Shown: one piece after another, positions 17,670 to 26,350 of the stretch | Layout: each line of letters begins with the position of its first letter | Numbering within the stretch: the first letter of the stretch is position 1 | From: an uncultured Solirubrobacterales bacterium | GTDB lineage: Bacteria; Actinomycetota; Thermoleophilia; Solirubrobacterales; Solirubrobacteraceae | Assembly (NCBI GenBank): GCA_963803595.1 | Contig: CAWDNF010000019.1 | Coordinates: 23,383 to 87,382 of the forward strand | Length of the DNA stretch: 64,000 bases | Reading direction: 5' to 3' | Position numbers and translations under genes: made by a program | The notes under the pieces: generated by a model | What the model was told of the DNA's origin: nothing | Seen by the model: only the letters and a program-made list of their open reading frames with translations | Databases searched by the model: none

Positions 17670-18607
17670 GCGGGCAGATCTCCGGTCCACCCCCGCCGGC
17701 GGGCGGCCCGCGCCGTGAACAGGCTCGCGACCAGGTAACCCGCGCCGGTACTGGCCAAGCCTGCCACGACCGCTGCCGCCCGCGCGGCGCCCGCGGGGTC
17801 GCGACGGCGAACGAGGTCGCCCAGCCCTTGCGCGACGGCGCGGGGGAGCACCGTTCGCGTGTAATCGACTTCGGTGGCCAAGCCGTGACTTCGGCCGACG
17901 AGCGCCGCGACCACCCGCTTTGAGCCCCCTTCGAAGTAACAGCGTTTGAGAAACCGCCGGAAGCGCGTGCGGTCGGCCGGGACGTTGTGGCCGATCTTCG
18001 CCTCCGGGAGGTAGAGGATCTTCTTCTCCGGCCAACGCTGGCCGATTCGGATGCACAGCTCGGTCTCGTCGCAGCTGTAGCCGATCCTGAATCCTCCGAT
18101 CTCCTCGACGAGCGCCCGGCGATAGGACATGTTGCAGCCGAACAGGTTGCGCACCTCCTGCTCTTGCTCCGGCATCCCCAGATAGGAGCAGCCAATCACC
18201 CAGTCGAACTCGCGGGGGAACCAGGCCGGCCGCGCGGTCTGCCACAGCGGTTCGGCGCTTCCGCCAACTGCCGCCACCTGGTCGTCGCGGTAGGCGTCGC
18301 GCAGCATCTCGAGCCACCTCGGCGAGGCCACCGCATCATCGTCGAGGAACGCCACGACGGTTCCCGAGGCCGCCGCCAGCCCGCTGTTGCGTGTGCCGGC
18401 CAGCCCCGGGGCGTGGGCATTGGGAACCACCTTGGCCGTGCCCTGCGGCCGCAGCCGCTCGAGCAGCGACGGATTGTGGTCGACCACCACGACGACTTCC
18501 CGCGGCGGAACGCTCTGCTCGCGGACCGACTGAAGGGCAGCCTGGATCTGCTCCCAGCGGCGCTCGTCGTAGGCGCACACAACGACGCTGATGTCAACGG
18601 GGGTCAC
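17666..18607 (-). CDS. GT2 glycosyltransferase
   Basis: ISVVVCAY, VVVVD, RNSG, FLDDD, GCNMS, DETE. Confidence 0.92.
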   Translation of the reverse strand: MTPVDISVVVCAYDERRWEQIQAALQSVREQSVPPREVVVVVDHNPSLLERLRPQGTAKVVPNAHAPGLAGTRNSGLAAASGTVVAFLDDDAVASPRWLEMLRDAYRDDQVAAVGGSAEPLWQTARPAWFPREFDWVIGCSYLGMPEQEQEVRNLFGCNMSYRRALVEEIGGFRIGYSCDETELCIRIGQRWPEKKILYLPEAKIGHNVPADRTRFRRFLKRCYFEGGSKRVVAALVGRSHGLATEVDYTRTVLPRAVAQGLGDLVRRRDPAGAARAAAVVAGLASTGAGYLVASLFTARAARRRGWTGDLPA

Positions 18608-18692
18608 GCGGGCGCGAATCTAGCGCTCGTATAAGCGTCCACATGGCACCTTCTTTCCATAATACGGTCCAACGGCGGGTCGATCCGTCCGC

Positions 18693-20102
18693 ATGGCGCC
18701 CCCTTCGGTCCGTCGCGGCTGGCTCGCTCTCGCCACCTCTGCTCTGCTGGCGATCGGCGGTCCGTCGGCATCGGCGACCGCCTCCGCTGGGGGCTACCGC
18801 TCCTCCTCGGCCGCGGCGTCTCACAACTGCCCAGGCGCGCATCGCTCGGGCCACCGGCGCCGCGCTTGCCACCGAGGTCACCGCCGCCATCACGCCCACC
18901 GCGCCGCCGCGGCGCAGGCGCGGACGAGCCGACGCCGCGGCCGTGGCAACCGGACCCCAATTCCCCGGGGCGAAGCCGGCAGCACCGGCGCCACGCTGGC
19001 CTCTCCGACCGCCTCCCCGGTCACCAGCGGGACAGCCAACGGTACGACCGCCACGAGTCCGCCGACCACGACCACCACAACCACGAGCCCGTCGACCACG
19101 ACCACGACCACGACCTCGAGCGGGCCTACCACCACGACCACCACGACCCCGACGGGTCCGGCTCGGCCATCGGTCTACTGGGGCGCCTACGTCGGCGATC
19201 AGTTCACCGGCGGCCATCCGCCCTGGGACTGGAACGCGCAGACCGACTTCCAGAACACCGACGCCGGCGGCAAGGCACCGAGCCTTCTGCCATTCGGTGC
19301 TCCCTTCTACTCCTCGCAGTGGTGCAGCGGCTACTGCACGTTCCCCACGAGCATGTTCGACACGGTCAGGGCAGCCGGGATGATTCCGTGGTTCACGTGG
19401 CAGACCACGGCTGACTACACCGACGCCCAGATCGCCGCCGGCGCCCAGGACAGCTACATCACCGCCTGGGCGCAGGCCGCCAAGGCCTGGGGCCATCCGT
19501 TCTTCCTTCGCTTCGACTGGGAGATGAACGGCAACTGGTTCCCCTGGGGCGTCGGCGTTGACGGAAACACGCCGGCCGACTACGTCGCGATGTGGCGCCA
19601 CGTCCACGACATTTTCACCTCGGTCGGCGCAACCAACGCGACCTGGGTGTGGTGCCCCAACATCGATGCCCCCGGATCAACCTACAGCCCGATGTCCAAT
19701 CTCTATCCCGGCGCCGGCTACGTCGACTGGGTCGGTCTCGATGCCTATAACGGCGACGTGCCGTGGACGAGCTTCCAGAACCTGATCAGCTCCACCTATG
19801 GGCAACTGACAGCCATGGCTCCGGGCAAGCCGATCGTCGTCGGCGAGACCGGCTCGACGGAGACGGGTGGTTCCAAGGCGACGTGGATCACAAACCTGCT
19901 TTCCGGCCTTCCGACAGAGTTCCCGCAGATCCACGGGTTGCTCTGGTATGACATCAGCTCCTCGGGCCCCGGCGGCCACACCGACTGGCCGATCGAGAGC
20001 TCGAGTGGCTCCGAGGCGGCCTTCTCGGCCGGCATCCAGAGCCCCGTGTACGCCGGCAACGGCTACGCGGGATTGAACGTGAACCCGATCCCGCGGCCCT
20101 AG
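18693..20102 (+). CDS. Secreted GH26-family glycoside hydrolase (paralogue 1) with His/Arg-rich segment and Thr-rich linker
   Basis: Signal peptide; FLRFDWEMNGNW (acid/base E), YPG..YVDW.GLD.YN, GETG (nucleophile E). Confidence 0.88.
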   Translation: MAPPSVRRGWLALATSALLAIGGPSASATASAGGYRSSSAAASHNCPGAHRSGHRRRACHRGHRRHHAHRAAAAQARTSRRRGRGNRTPIPRGEAGSTGATLASPTASPVTSGTANGTTATSPPTTTTTTTSPSTTTTTTTSSGPTTTTTTTPTGPARPSVYWGAYVGDQFTGGHPPWDWNAQTDFQNTDAGGKAPSLLPFGAPFYSSQWCSGYCTFPTSMFDTVRAAGMIPWFTWQTTADYTDAQIAAGAQDSYITAWAQAAKAWGHPFFLRFDWEMNGNWFPWGVGVDGNTPADYVAMWRHVHDIFTSVGATNATWVWCPNIDAPGSTYSPMSNLYPGAGYVDWVGLDAYNGDVPWTSFQNLISSTYGQLTAMAPGKPIVVGETGSTETGGSKATWITNLLSGLPTEFPQIHGLLWYDISSSGPGGHTDWPIESSSGSEAAFSAGIQSPVYAGNGYAGLNVNPIPRP

Positions 20103-20175
20103 TGAATCGCGGGATCAGGCGCTAACCTGAGCCGCCGAGCGCGACGATCGCGACAACTGACACCAGGGCGGGTAG

Positions 20176-21372
20176 TTGAAGCAGGCCGTCACAAGTGGGC
20201 CCGTCCGTCGGGGGGGCCGGGGGCTAATAGGCCGCAAAGCGCGACAGGCGTTGTCAGCCCTGCCGGTTGTGGTCGCGCTGACGGCAGGGACTGCGCTGGC
20301 CGTGGCCCCGGCGGCGTCGGCGCGCAAGAAGCCGCCTCCTCCGCCGCCCCAGCCGCAGCCGCCGCCCCAACAGCAGCCGCCGCCCCAGACGGGTGGTGGT
20401 TCGACCAGTGGCGGCAATCCGGTCATCGGCGCATCGGTCTACTGGGGCGCCTACGTCGGGGACCAGTTCACGGGCAGCCATCCGCCATGGGACTGGAACG
20501 GACAGACGGACTTCCAGAATGCCGACGCGGGCGGCAAGGCAGCGAGCCTTCTCCCATTCGGCGCGCCGTTCTCGTCGGCCGCGTACTGTGGCGGCGCCTG
20601 CACGTTCCCACCTGACGTTTTCGACAAGGTCCGCCAGAACGGGACGATCCCTTGGTTCAGCTGGCAGACGACGAGCGACTACAGCGACGCCCAGATCGCC
20701 GCCGGCGCCCAGGACAGCTACATCACCGCCTGGGCGCAGGCCGCCAAGGCCTGGGGCCATCCGTTCTTCCTTCGCTTCGACTGGGAGATGGACGGAGACT
20801 GGTTCCCGTGGGGCATGGGCGTAAACGGGAACACCCCGGCCGGCTACATCGCGATGTGGCGCCACGTCCACGACATCTTCACCTCGGTCGGCGCTACCAA
20901 CGCCACCTGGGTGTGGTGCCCCAACGTCGACGTGCCCGGGATCAGCTACCGGCCGCTCGCCGACCTCTACCCGGGAAGCAGCTACGTCGATTGGACCTGT
21001 CTCGACGGCTACAACGGCGACGCTCCGTGGACCGGATTCCACGACCTGTTCGCCTCCGATTACGCCACGATCACCTCAAGCATCGCACCCGGCAAGCCGA
21101 TGGCAATCGGTGAGACAGGCTCTACCGAAGCCGGCGGCTCGAAAGCACAGTGGATCCGCGACATGCTGTCCCATCTCACCTCCTACTTCCCGGCGGTGCA
21201 TGCCGTCCTCTGGTACGACATCTCGAGCCCAGGCCCCGGAGGCCATAACGACTGGCCGATCGAGAGCTCGGCGGGGTCTCGCTCTGCCTTCAGCCGGGTG
21301 ATCGAGGGCTCCACCTACGCACCCAACGCATACGCCGCGCTGAGCACCAATCCGATTGCGCCTCCGCGGTGA
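20176..21372 (+). CDS. Secreted GH26-family glycoside hydrolase (paralogue 2) with poly-Pro/Gln linker
   Basis: Signal-like segment ending ASA; FLRFDWEMDGDW, GETG. Start uncertain. Confidence 0.88.
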   Translation: MKQAVTSGPVRRGGRGLIGRKARQALSALPVVVALTAGTALAVAPAASARKKPPPPPPQPQPPPQQQPPPQTGGGSTSGGNPVIGASVYWGAYVGDQFTGSHPPWDWNGQTDFQNADAGGKAASLLPFGAPFSSAAYCGGACTFPPDVFDKVRQNGTIPWFSWQTTSDYSDAQIAAGAQDSYITAWAQAAKAWGHPFFLRFDWEMDGDWFPWGMGVNGNTPAGYIAMWRHVHDIFTSVGATNATWVWCPNVDVPGISYRPLADLYPGSSYVDWTCLDGYNGDAPWTGFHDLFASDYATITSSIAPGKPMAIGETGSTEAGGSKAQWIRDMLSHLTSYFPAVHAVLWYDISSPGPGGHNDWPIESSAGSRSAFSRVIEGSTYAPNAYAALSTNPIAPPR

Positions 21373-21522
21373 GCTCAGCCATGAGATTGCCCGGATCCGC
21401 AAGCCGGCGGCTGACGGATCTCGGCCCCGCCGAACCGGCGCAATCGCGCGCTAAGCTGCTTCTGCTCTGGGTGGCTGGGGCTGCCCGCCGTGCCCTAACG
21501 CGCAGTATGTGGGAGCTCAGGG

Positions 21523-22683
21523 ATGGAGATTGGTCGTCTGCCGGGCGTGACCCGAGCCATCGCGCATGGACGCGTCACGATGCGTGAACGCGTCTCCATT
21601 GGGCTGGCGGCCGCCGCGGTGGTGTTCCTGGTACTGGCGCTGTGGGCGACCCACGTAATCGGCTCGGCCGCGCGGGGGCCAAAGGCGCCGGAGGCGGTCA
21701 ACCACTCCCAGAGCGTAAGGATCGCGCACCGGGTTCAGCTGACCGCGCCCGGGCCCGTCTACTGGGGCGCTCTGATCCAGAACTCACACGAACAGGCTCC
21801 CTGGAACATGAAGCTGGTCAGCGACTTCACGAACCTGACGGGAAAGCAGCTGTCGATCATCAGCTGGGGCTCGAGCTTCTACTCCTCCCCCTACTGCAAG
21901 GGATACTGCGGATTCCAGACACCGCAGTTCGACGCCGTTCGCGCCTACGGCGCGATCCCGCTCTTCTCCTGGGCACCCGGGTGGGCGGCCAACGTCGACG
22001 CCCGGATCGCCGGTGGCGCCGACGATTCGTACCTGCGCCAGTGGGCTGAGTCAGCCAAGGCTTGGGGCCATCCGTTCTTCCTCCGCTTCGCATGGGAGAT
22101 GAACGGGAACTGGTTCCCCTGGGGTGTGCTGGCCGAGCACAACAGCCCGGCCTCGTATGTCGCGATGTGGCGCCACGTCCACGACATCTTCACCTCGGTC
22201 GGCGCCACCAACGTCACGTGGGTGTGGTGCCCCAACATCAACGCCCCGGGGGTCACCTACAGTCGGCTGGCTGACCTCTACCCGGGTGACAAGTACGTCG
22301 ACTGGACCTGCCTCGACGGCTACAACGGCGATACGCCGTGGACAAGCTTCTCGGATCTCTACCGCCAGACCTATCAGTCGATCACCCAGGACATCGCTCC
22401 TGGCAAACCGATGCTGCTAGGAGAGGTGTCCTCGACTGAGACGGGTGGATCGAAGGCGAACTGGATCACTGACATGTTCCAGTCGCTCCCCACGGTCTTC
22501 CCGATGGTCAGGGCGCTCATCTGGTGGGAATCCTCGAGCCCCGGACCGGGTAACCGCACCGACTGGCCGATCGAGTCGAGCCCGGGGGCCGAGACTGCCT
22601 TCACCGCCGGGATCGACGCCAAGCCGTTCACGAGCAACACGTTCTCCCACCTCGACAAGAGTCCGATCCCGCCGCCGAGCTAG
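21523..22683 (+). CDS. Membrane-anchored GH26-family glycoside hydrolase (paralogue 3)
   Basis: N-terminal hydrophobic helix; FLRFAWEMNGNW, GEVS. Alternative start ATG21580. Confidence 0.88.
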   Translation: MEIGRLPGVTRAIAHGRVTMRERVSIGLAAAAVVFLVLALWATHVIGSAARGPKAPEAVNHSQSVRIAHRVQLTAPGPVYWGALIQNSHEQAPWNMKLVSDFTNLTGKQLSIISWGSSFYSSPYCKGYCGFQTPQFDAVRAYGAIPLFSWAPGWAANVDARIAGGADDSYLRQWAESAKAWGHPFFLRFAWEMNGNWFPWGVLAEHNSPASYVAMWRHVHDIFTSVGATNVTWVWCPNINAPGVTYSRLADLYPGDKYVDWTCLDGYNGDTPWTSFSDLYRQTYQSITQDIAPGKPMLLGEVSSTETGGSKANWITDMFQSLPTVFPMVRALIWWESSSPGPGNRTDWPIESSPGAETAFTAGIDAKPFTSNTFSHLDKSPIPPPS

Positions 22684-22745
22684 GCCGCCGATCCCGCCGC
22701 CGAGCCAGGGCGCCGAGCCACGCCGCGGAGCTAGGCAGCCAGGCA

Positions 22746-23849
22746 TCAGGCGGGGGCGTCCTCGGCCAGGACAGCGCGATAGAGCTCGAGCAGCGAGGCG
22801 GCGCACTCATCCCAGCTGGGGAGCTCGGGTGCGTGCTGTGGCGGTGGCTTGGCGAGCTCCTCGAGGATCAGCTGAGCGAGCTCGCGGGGGGTCATGGGCA
22901 GCGCAGCCGCTCGTGCCAACCCCTGGCCTGCCAGTTCGCGCAGACCGCCACAGTCTGAGACGAGCAGGCGGCGTCTGGCTGCTGCGGCCTCCAGCGCGGC
23001 GAGCGGATGGGTCTCGAACTCGCTCATCAAGACGACGATCGCGACTTGGCCCAGCAAGCGCGCCATCGCCGGGCCATCGCCTGCCGGAACGCTCGTGAAC
23101 TCGACCCGGTCTGCCAGGTCAAGCCGCGCGGCGAGGCGGCGGAGCTCACCCTCATAGGGACCCGTGCCGACGATCATCAGTCGTGCCTCAGGGCGCTGTT
23201 CAAGCACCCCGGGGAGCGCCTCGATTACTCGGTGGTGGCCCTTGTAGCGCTCGAGCCGCCCGATCGACGCGATCACATCGCGCTTGGGTTCCCCCTCCAG
23301 CTCTTCGAGCTCGCGCGGGACCTCGACACCGTTGGGGATCAGGACAAAGCGGCCCTCGGGGAGGCCGAGCGAGGAGGAGTACAGGCCGATCTCGAATCGA
23401 GCCAAGGCGACCAGCCTCGCCGCGCGGACGAGCAGCGGGCGCAGGGCGAGCAGCTGGAGCGATCGAAGCCGCACCCGCCAGCGCGAGGAATGACCCCCGG
23501 CATGAAAGGTCAGGCAGTAAGGGAGGCCGAGCGTGCGGGCGCGCAGCATCGCCAGCGGCGCAACCAGCGTGTGGTAGGACTGCACGTGGACGAGATCGGC
23601 CCGGTGGCGGGCCATCTCGCGCCACAGGCCAGGCGCCCAGTACCAGTCCCGCCCGCGGGGCCGCGCCCGGACCGCGCGCAGGCGAACGCCGCCGAGGTGC
23701 TGTTCGACGGGCGAGCGATGCTCGGTCTCCCCGTAGAGCACATCGACCTCGACGCCGGCCGCGGCGAGACGGGTGGTCGTCTCGAGCACATGGCGCTCGA
23801 CCCCTCCCACGCCAAGCGGGTTGCGTGGGGTTATGACGAGGAGGCGCAC
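22746..23849 (-). CDS. GT4 glycosyltransferase
   Basis: GGVE, IPNG, GRLERYKG, E-x7-E (ETHPLAALE). Confidence 0.9.
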   Translation of the reverse strand: MRLLVITPRNPLGVGGVERHVLETTTRLAAAGVEVDVLYGETEHRSPVEQHLGGVRLRAVRARPRGRDWYWAPGLWREMARHRADLVHVQSYHTLVAPLAMLRARTLGLPYCLTFHAGGHSSRWRVRLRSLQLLALRPLLVRAARLVALARFEIGLYSSSLGLPEGRFVLIPNGVEVPRELEELEGEPKRDVIASIGRLERYKGHHRVIEALPGVLEQRPEARLMIVGTGPYEGELRRLAARLDLADRVEFTSVPAGDGPAMARLLGQVAIVVLMSEFETHPLAALEAAAARRRLLVSDCGGLRELAGQGLARAAALPMTPRELAQLILEELAKPPPQHAPELPSWDECAASLLELYRAVLAEDAPA

Positions 23850-25072
23850 GGGCTTGCTTCCTCACGAGCCTCGCAGTAGACCGCCTCCAGCCGAGCCCCC
23901 CACGCAGACAAGCTGTGGTGACGCTCGACGAACACGCGAGCGCGCGCACCGAGCTCGCGCCGCCGTACACCGTCGGCCAGCAGTCCAGCCACGGCGGCGG
24001 CGAACGCCTCGGTTTCGTCGGCGACGAGGAAAGGCGGCAGTGCGCCGCCGGTCTCGACGAGGAAGCCTTCGGTGCCGCGCGTCGTGGTCACCACGGCCTT
24101 GCCGCTGGCCAGTCCGAGCAACACCTTCATCCTCATGCCACCGCCGATGCGCAGCGGCGCCACCACGACAGCCGCCGAGGCGATGTAGGGCTCGATGGCC
24201 GGAACGTCGGCCAGGACCTCGACCCCGGGTACCGCCAGCTCGAGGACCTCACGTGGCGGGCTGCTTCCCACGATCAACAGCTTGGCGTGCGGGTGGCTGG
24301 CGCGGATCTGGGGATGGATCTCGCGAGCCAGCCACAACGCGGCATCGCGATTGGGAGCATGGGTGAAGTTGCCCACAAAGAGAAGCGAGTCTGGCTGCTC
24401 GCTCGCCGGGTCGCTGGCCGGTGGGATCGCGATCCCGAAGGGATTGACCCTGATCCACCGGCTGACTTCGGGAGCCAGGTCGGCTACCGCGCGTGCATCG
24501 CGCTCGCTGAACACCTGCAGGCGCGCGTAGCGCCGCCACGCCCGGCGTTGGAAGCTGCTCCACCGGCGCCAGTCGAGCTCGCGGAGGATCGAACGCGGCC
24601 CGGCCGCCCGCCGGCGGGATGCTCTGGGAACACGGACTTCGTGTTCGGTGAGAACTGCCGGGACCCCGGCGGGGAGCCGGTAGAGCGCCATTGAGCTGTC
24701 CTCGACGGCCACGACGTCAAACGGAGGGGCAGCGCCCGCCAGCTCGTCGATCACCAGCTGGACGCCGGGCGTGGCAAACCACACCGTCCGCCAGGGCCGT
24801 CCCGTCGACAGCCACCCCCAGGCCAGACGCCGTCGTCGGCGCCAGCGCTCGAGCGCCGAGACGGGCAGCCCGCGGTCGACGGCGCGGAGGTCCACGCCCT
24901 GGTCGATCAGCGCCTGGGCAGCTTCGCGCTCACCCGGCTCGTCCCCTACACCGGCGACCACCGTGACCTCGTGCCGCTCCGAGAGGGCGGTGAGCTGCCC
25001 ATGGAGCAGCATCGGGATCGCTCCTGGCGCATCGGCCCACGGGACCATCGGAGCAATCATCAGGATCCTCAT
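23831..25072 (-). CDS. GT4 glycosyltransferase
   Basis: FVGNF.H.PN, PLRIGGGMRMKV, VVTT..G.EG. Confidence 0.88.
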   Translation of the reverse strand: MRILMIAPMVPWADAPGAIPMLLHGQLTALSERHEVTVVAGVGDEPGEREAAQALIDQGVDLRAVDRGLPVSALERWRRRRRLAWGWLSTGRPWRTVWFATPGVQLVIDELAGAAPPFDVVAVEDSSMALYRLPAGVPAVLTEHEVRVPRASRRRAAGPRSILRELDWRRWSSFQRRAWRRYARLQVFSERDARAVADLAPEVSRWIRVNPFGIAIPPASDPASEQPDSLLFVGNFTHAPNRDAALWLAREIHPQIRASHPHAKLLIVGSSPPREVLELAVPGVEVLADVPAIEPYIASAAVVVAPLRIGGGMRMKVLLGLASGKAVVTTTRGTEGFLVETGGALPPFLVADETEAFAAAVAGLLADGVRRRELGARARVFVERHHSLSAWGARLEAVYCEAREEASPCASSS

Positions 25073-26350
25073 CGCCGCTCCCCCGACCCGGCGTCGGCCG
25101 CCCGCCCGCCGCTAGAGACCGCCCCCGTCACCTCCTGGAGCATCCGCTCGTAGCGGCTGAGCACGACCTCGGCCGCGAATGGGGCAGCCCTGAGCTGTCC
25201 CTGGCGGGCAATCTCCTCGCGGTAGCGTGGGTCATCGATCAGCGACTGGAGCGCTCGAGCCAAGGCCTCGACGTCACCCTGGGCTATCAGCACCCCGCCC
25301 CCTTCGCCTAGCACATCTTCCATTCCGCTCGGCGCGGTGGCGATCGTCGGGATTCCCCGCGAGGCAGATTCGATCGCAACGGTTCCGAGCGGCTCGGGCC
25401 AAACCGACGGCGCGACCGCGATCATCGCGCGACCCCACGCCGCCATGACCACCGAGTGCGGAGCGTCGGTGATCACGATCGCCTCGGGAGGGAGCTCTGG
25501 GGTGTCGCGCTCGATCGTCCCGATCAGGACGAGCGGTGGAGGTTTCTCCAAGCGGCGGTATGCCTCGATGAGGACGTCGACTCCCTTGATGGGACGAAGC
25601 GCGCCCACGAACAGGATGAACGGCTGCGGCGGCAACTGCTGCAGCATCTCGTGGTCCCCCACGCCGGTCGACGAGTGAGTCTCTACGAAGGCTGGCACGA
25701 TGAATCGCCGCTCAGGCGCAAAGCCGTCGCCCACGAAATGGTGGGCCAGGGTCTGGTCGACGAATGAGCTCACGCTCTGGACCGCGACCATCCGCCGCCT
25801 CAGCCAGCGCTTCGAGATGCCGACGCCGATGCGCGCGGCCCACCCCTTGGGTGCGCCGTAAAAGCGTCCGGCGCAGCCTGTGCACTTCAGCGGCGCCGGC
25901 CCCTCGCACAGACTGTCGCGGTAAACGAGGATCCGCGTAGTGCAGAAGTGGCCGTAGTCGTGGGCGGAGGCGATCAGCGGAATGCCGGTCCCAACCAGGG
26001 CCGGGGCGACCGAGAAACCAAGCCAGCCGTGCGCCAGTACGACCTCGGGTGCTCCGGCGGCGTACGGCGCGTCGGAGGTCGTAGACGGTGACGGGGTCAG
26101 GAAACGGCGGCGCGTGACGCTGAGCGCGGCCGCGCACCAGGCGCGGCACAGCGGTGCGGAGCTGGCGGACTCGGTCCACGGGTATTCCCTGATCGCCGTA
26201 GCGCTCGATGCGCGCCAAGCCTGGCTGCCAAGGCGTGGCAACCGAGACCTCGTGACCGCGCCGCGCCAGCCCTGTGGCGAGCAGCGCTGCCCAGCGGTGG
26301 GCGCCGCCGATGAACGGGGGGAAGTGGTCTGAGGCGATCAGGACTCGCAC
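25069..26350 (-). CDS. GT4 glycosyltransferase (frameshift near 26055)
   Basis: N-terminus MRVLIASDHFPPFIGG in ORF 25712-26350; KG and EPLGTVAIE in ORF 25069-26241. Confidence 0.85.

Noticed and set aside
19060-19150. ACC/ACG microsatellite-like tracts (also 49965-50007)
   Set aside because: They encode ordinary Thr-rich linkers with mixed codons.
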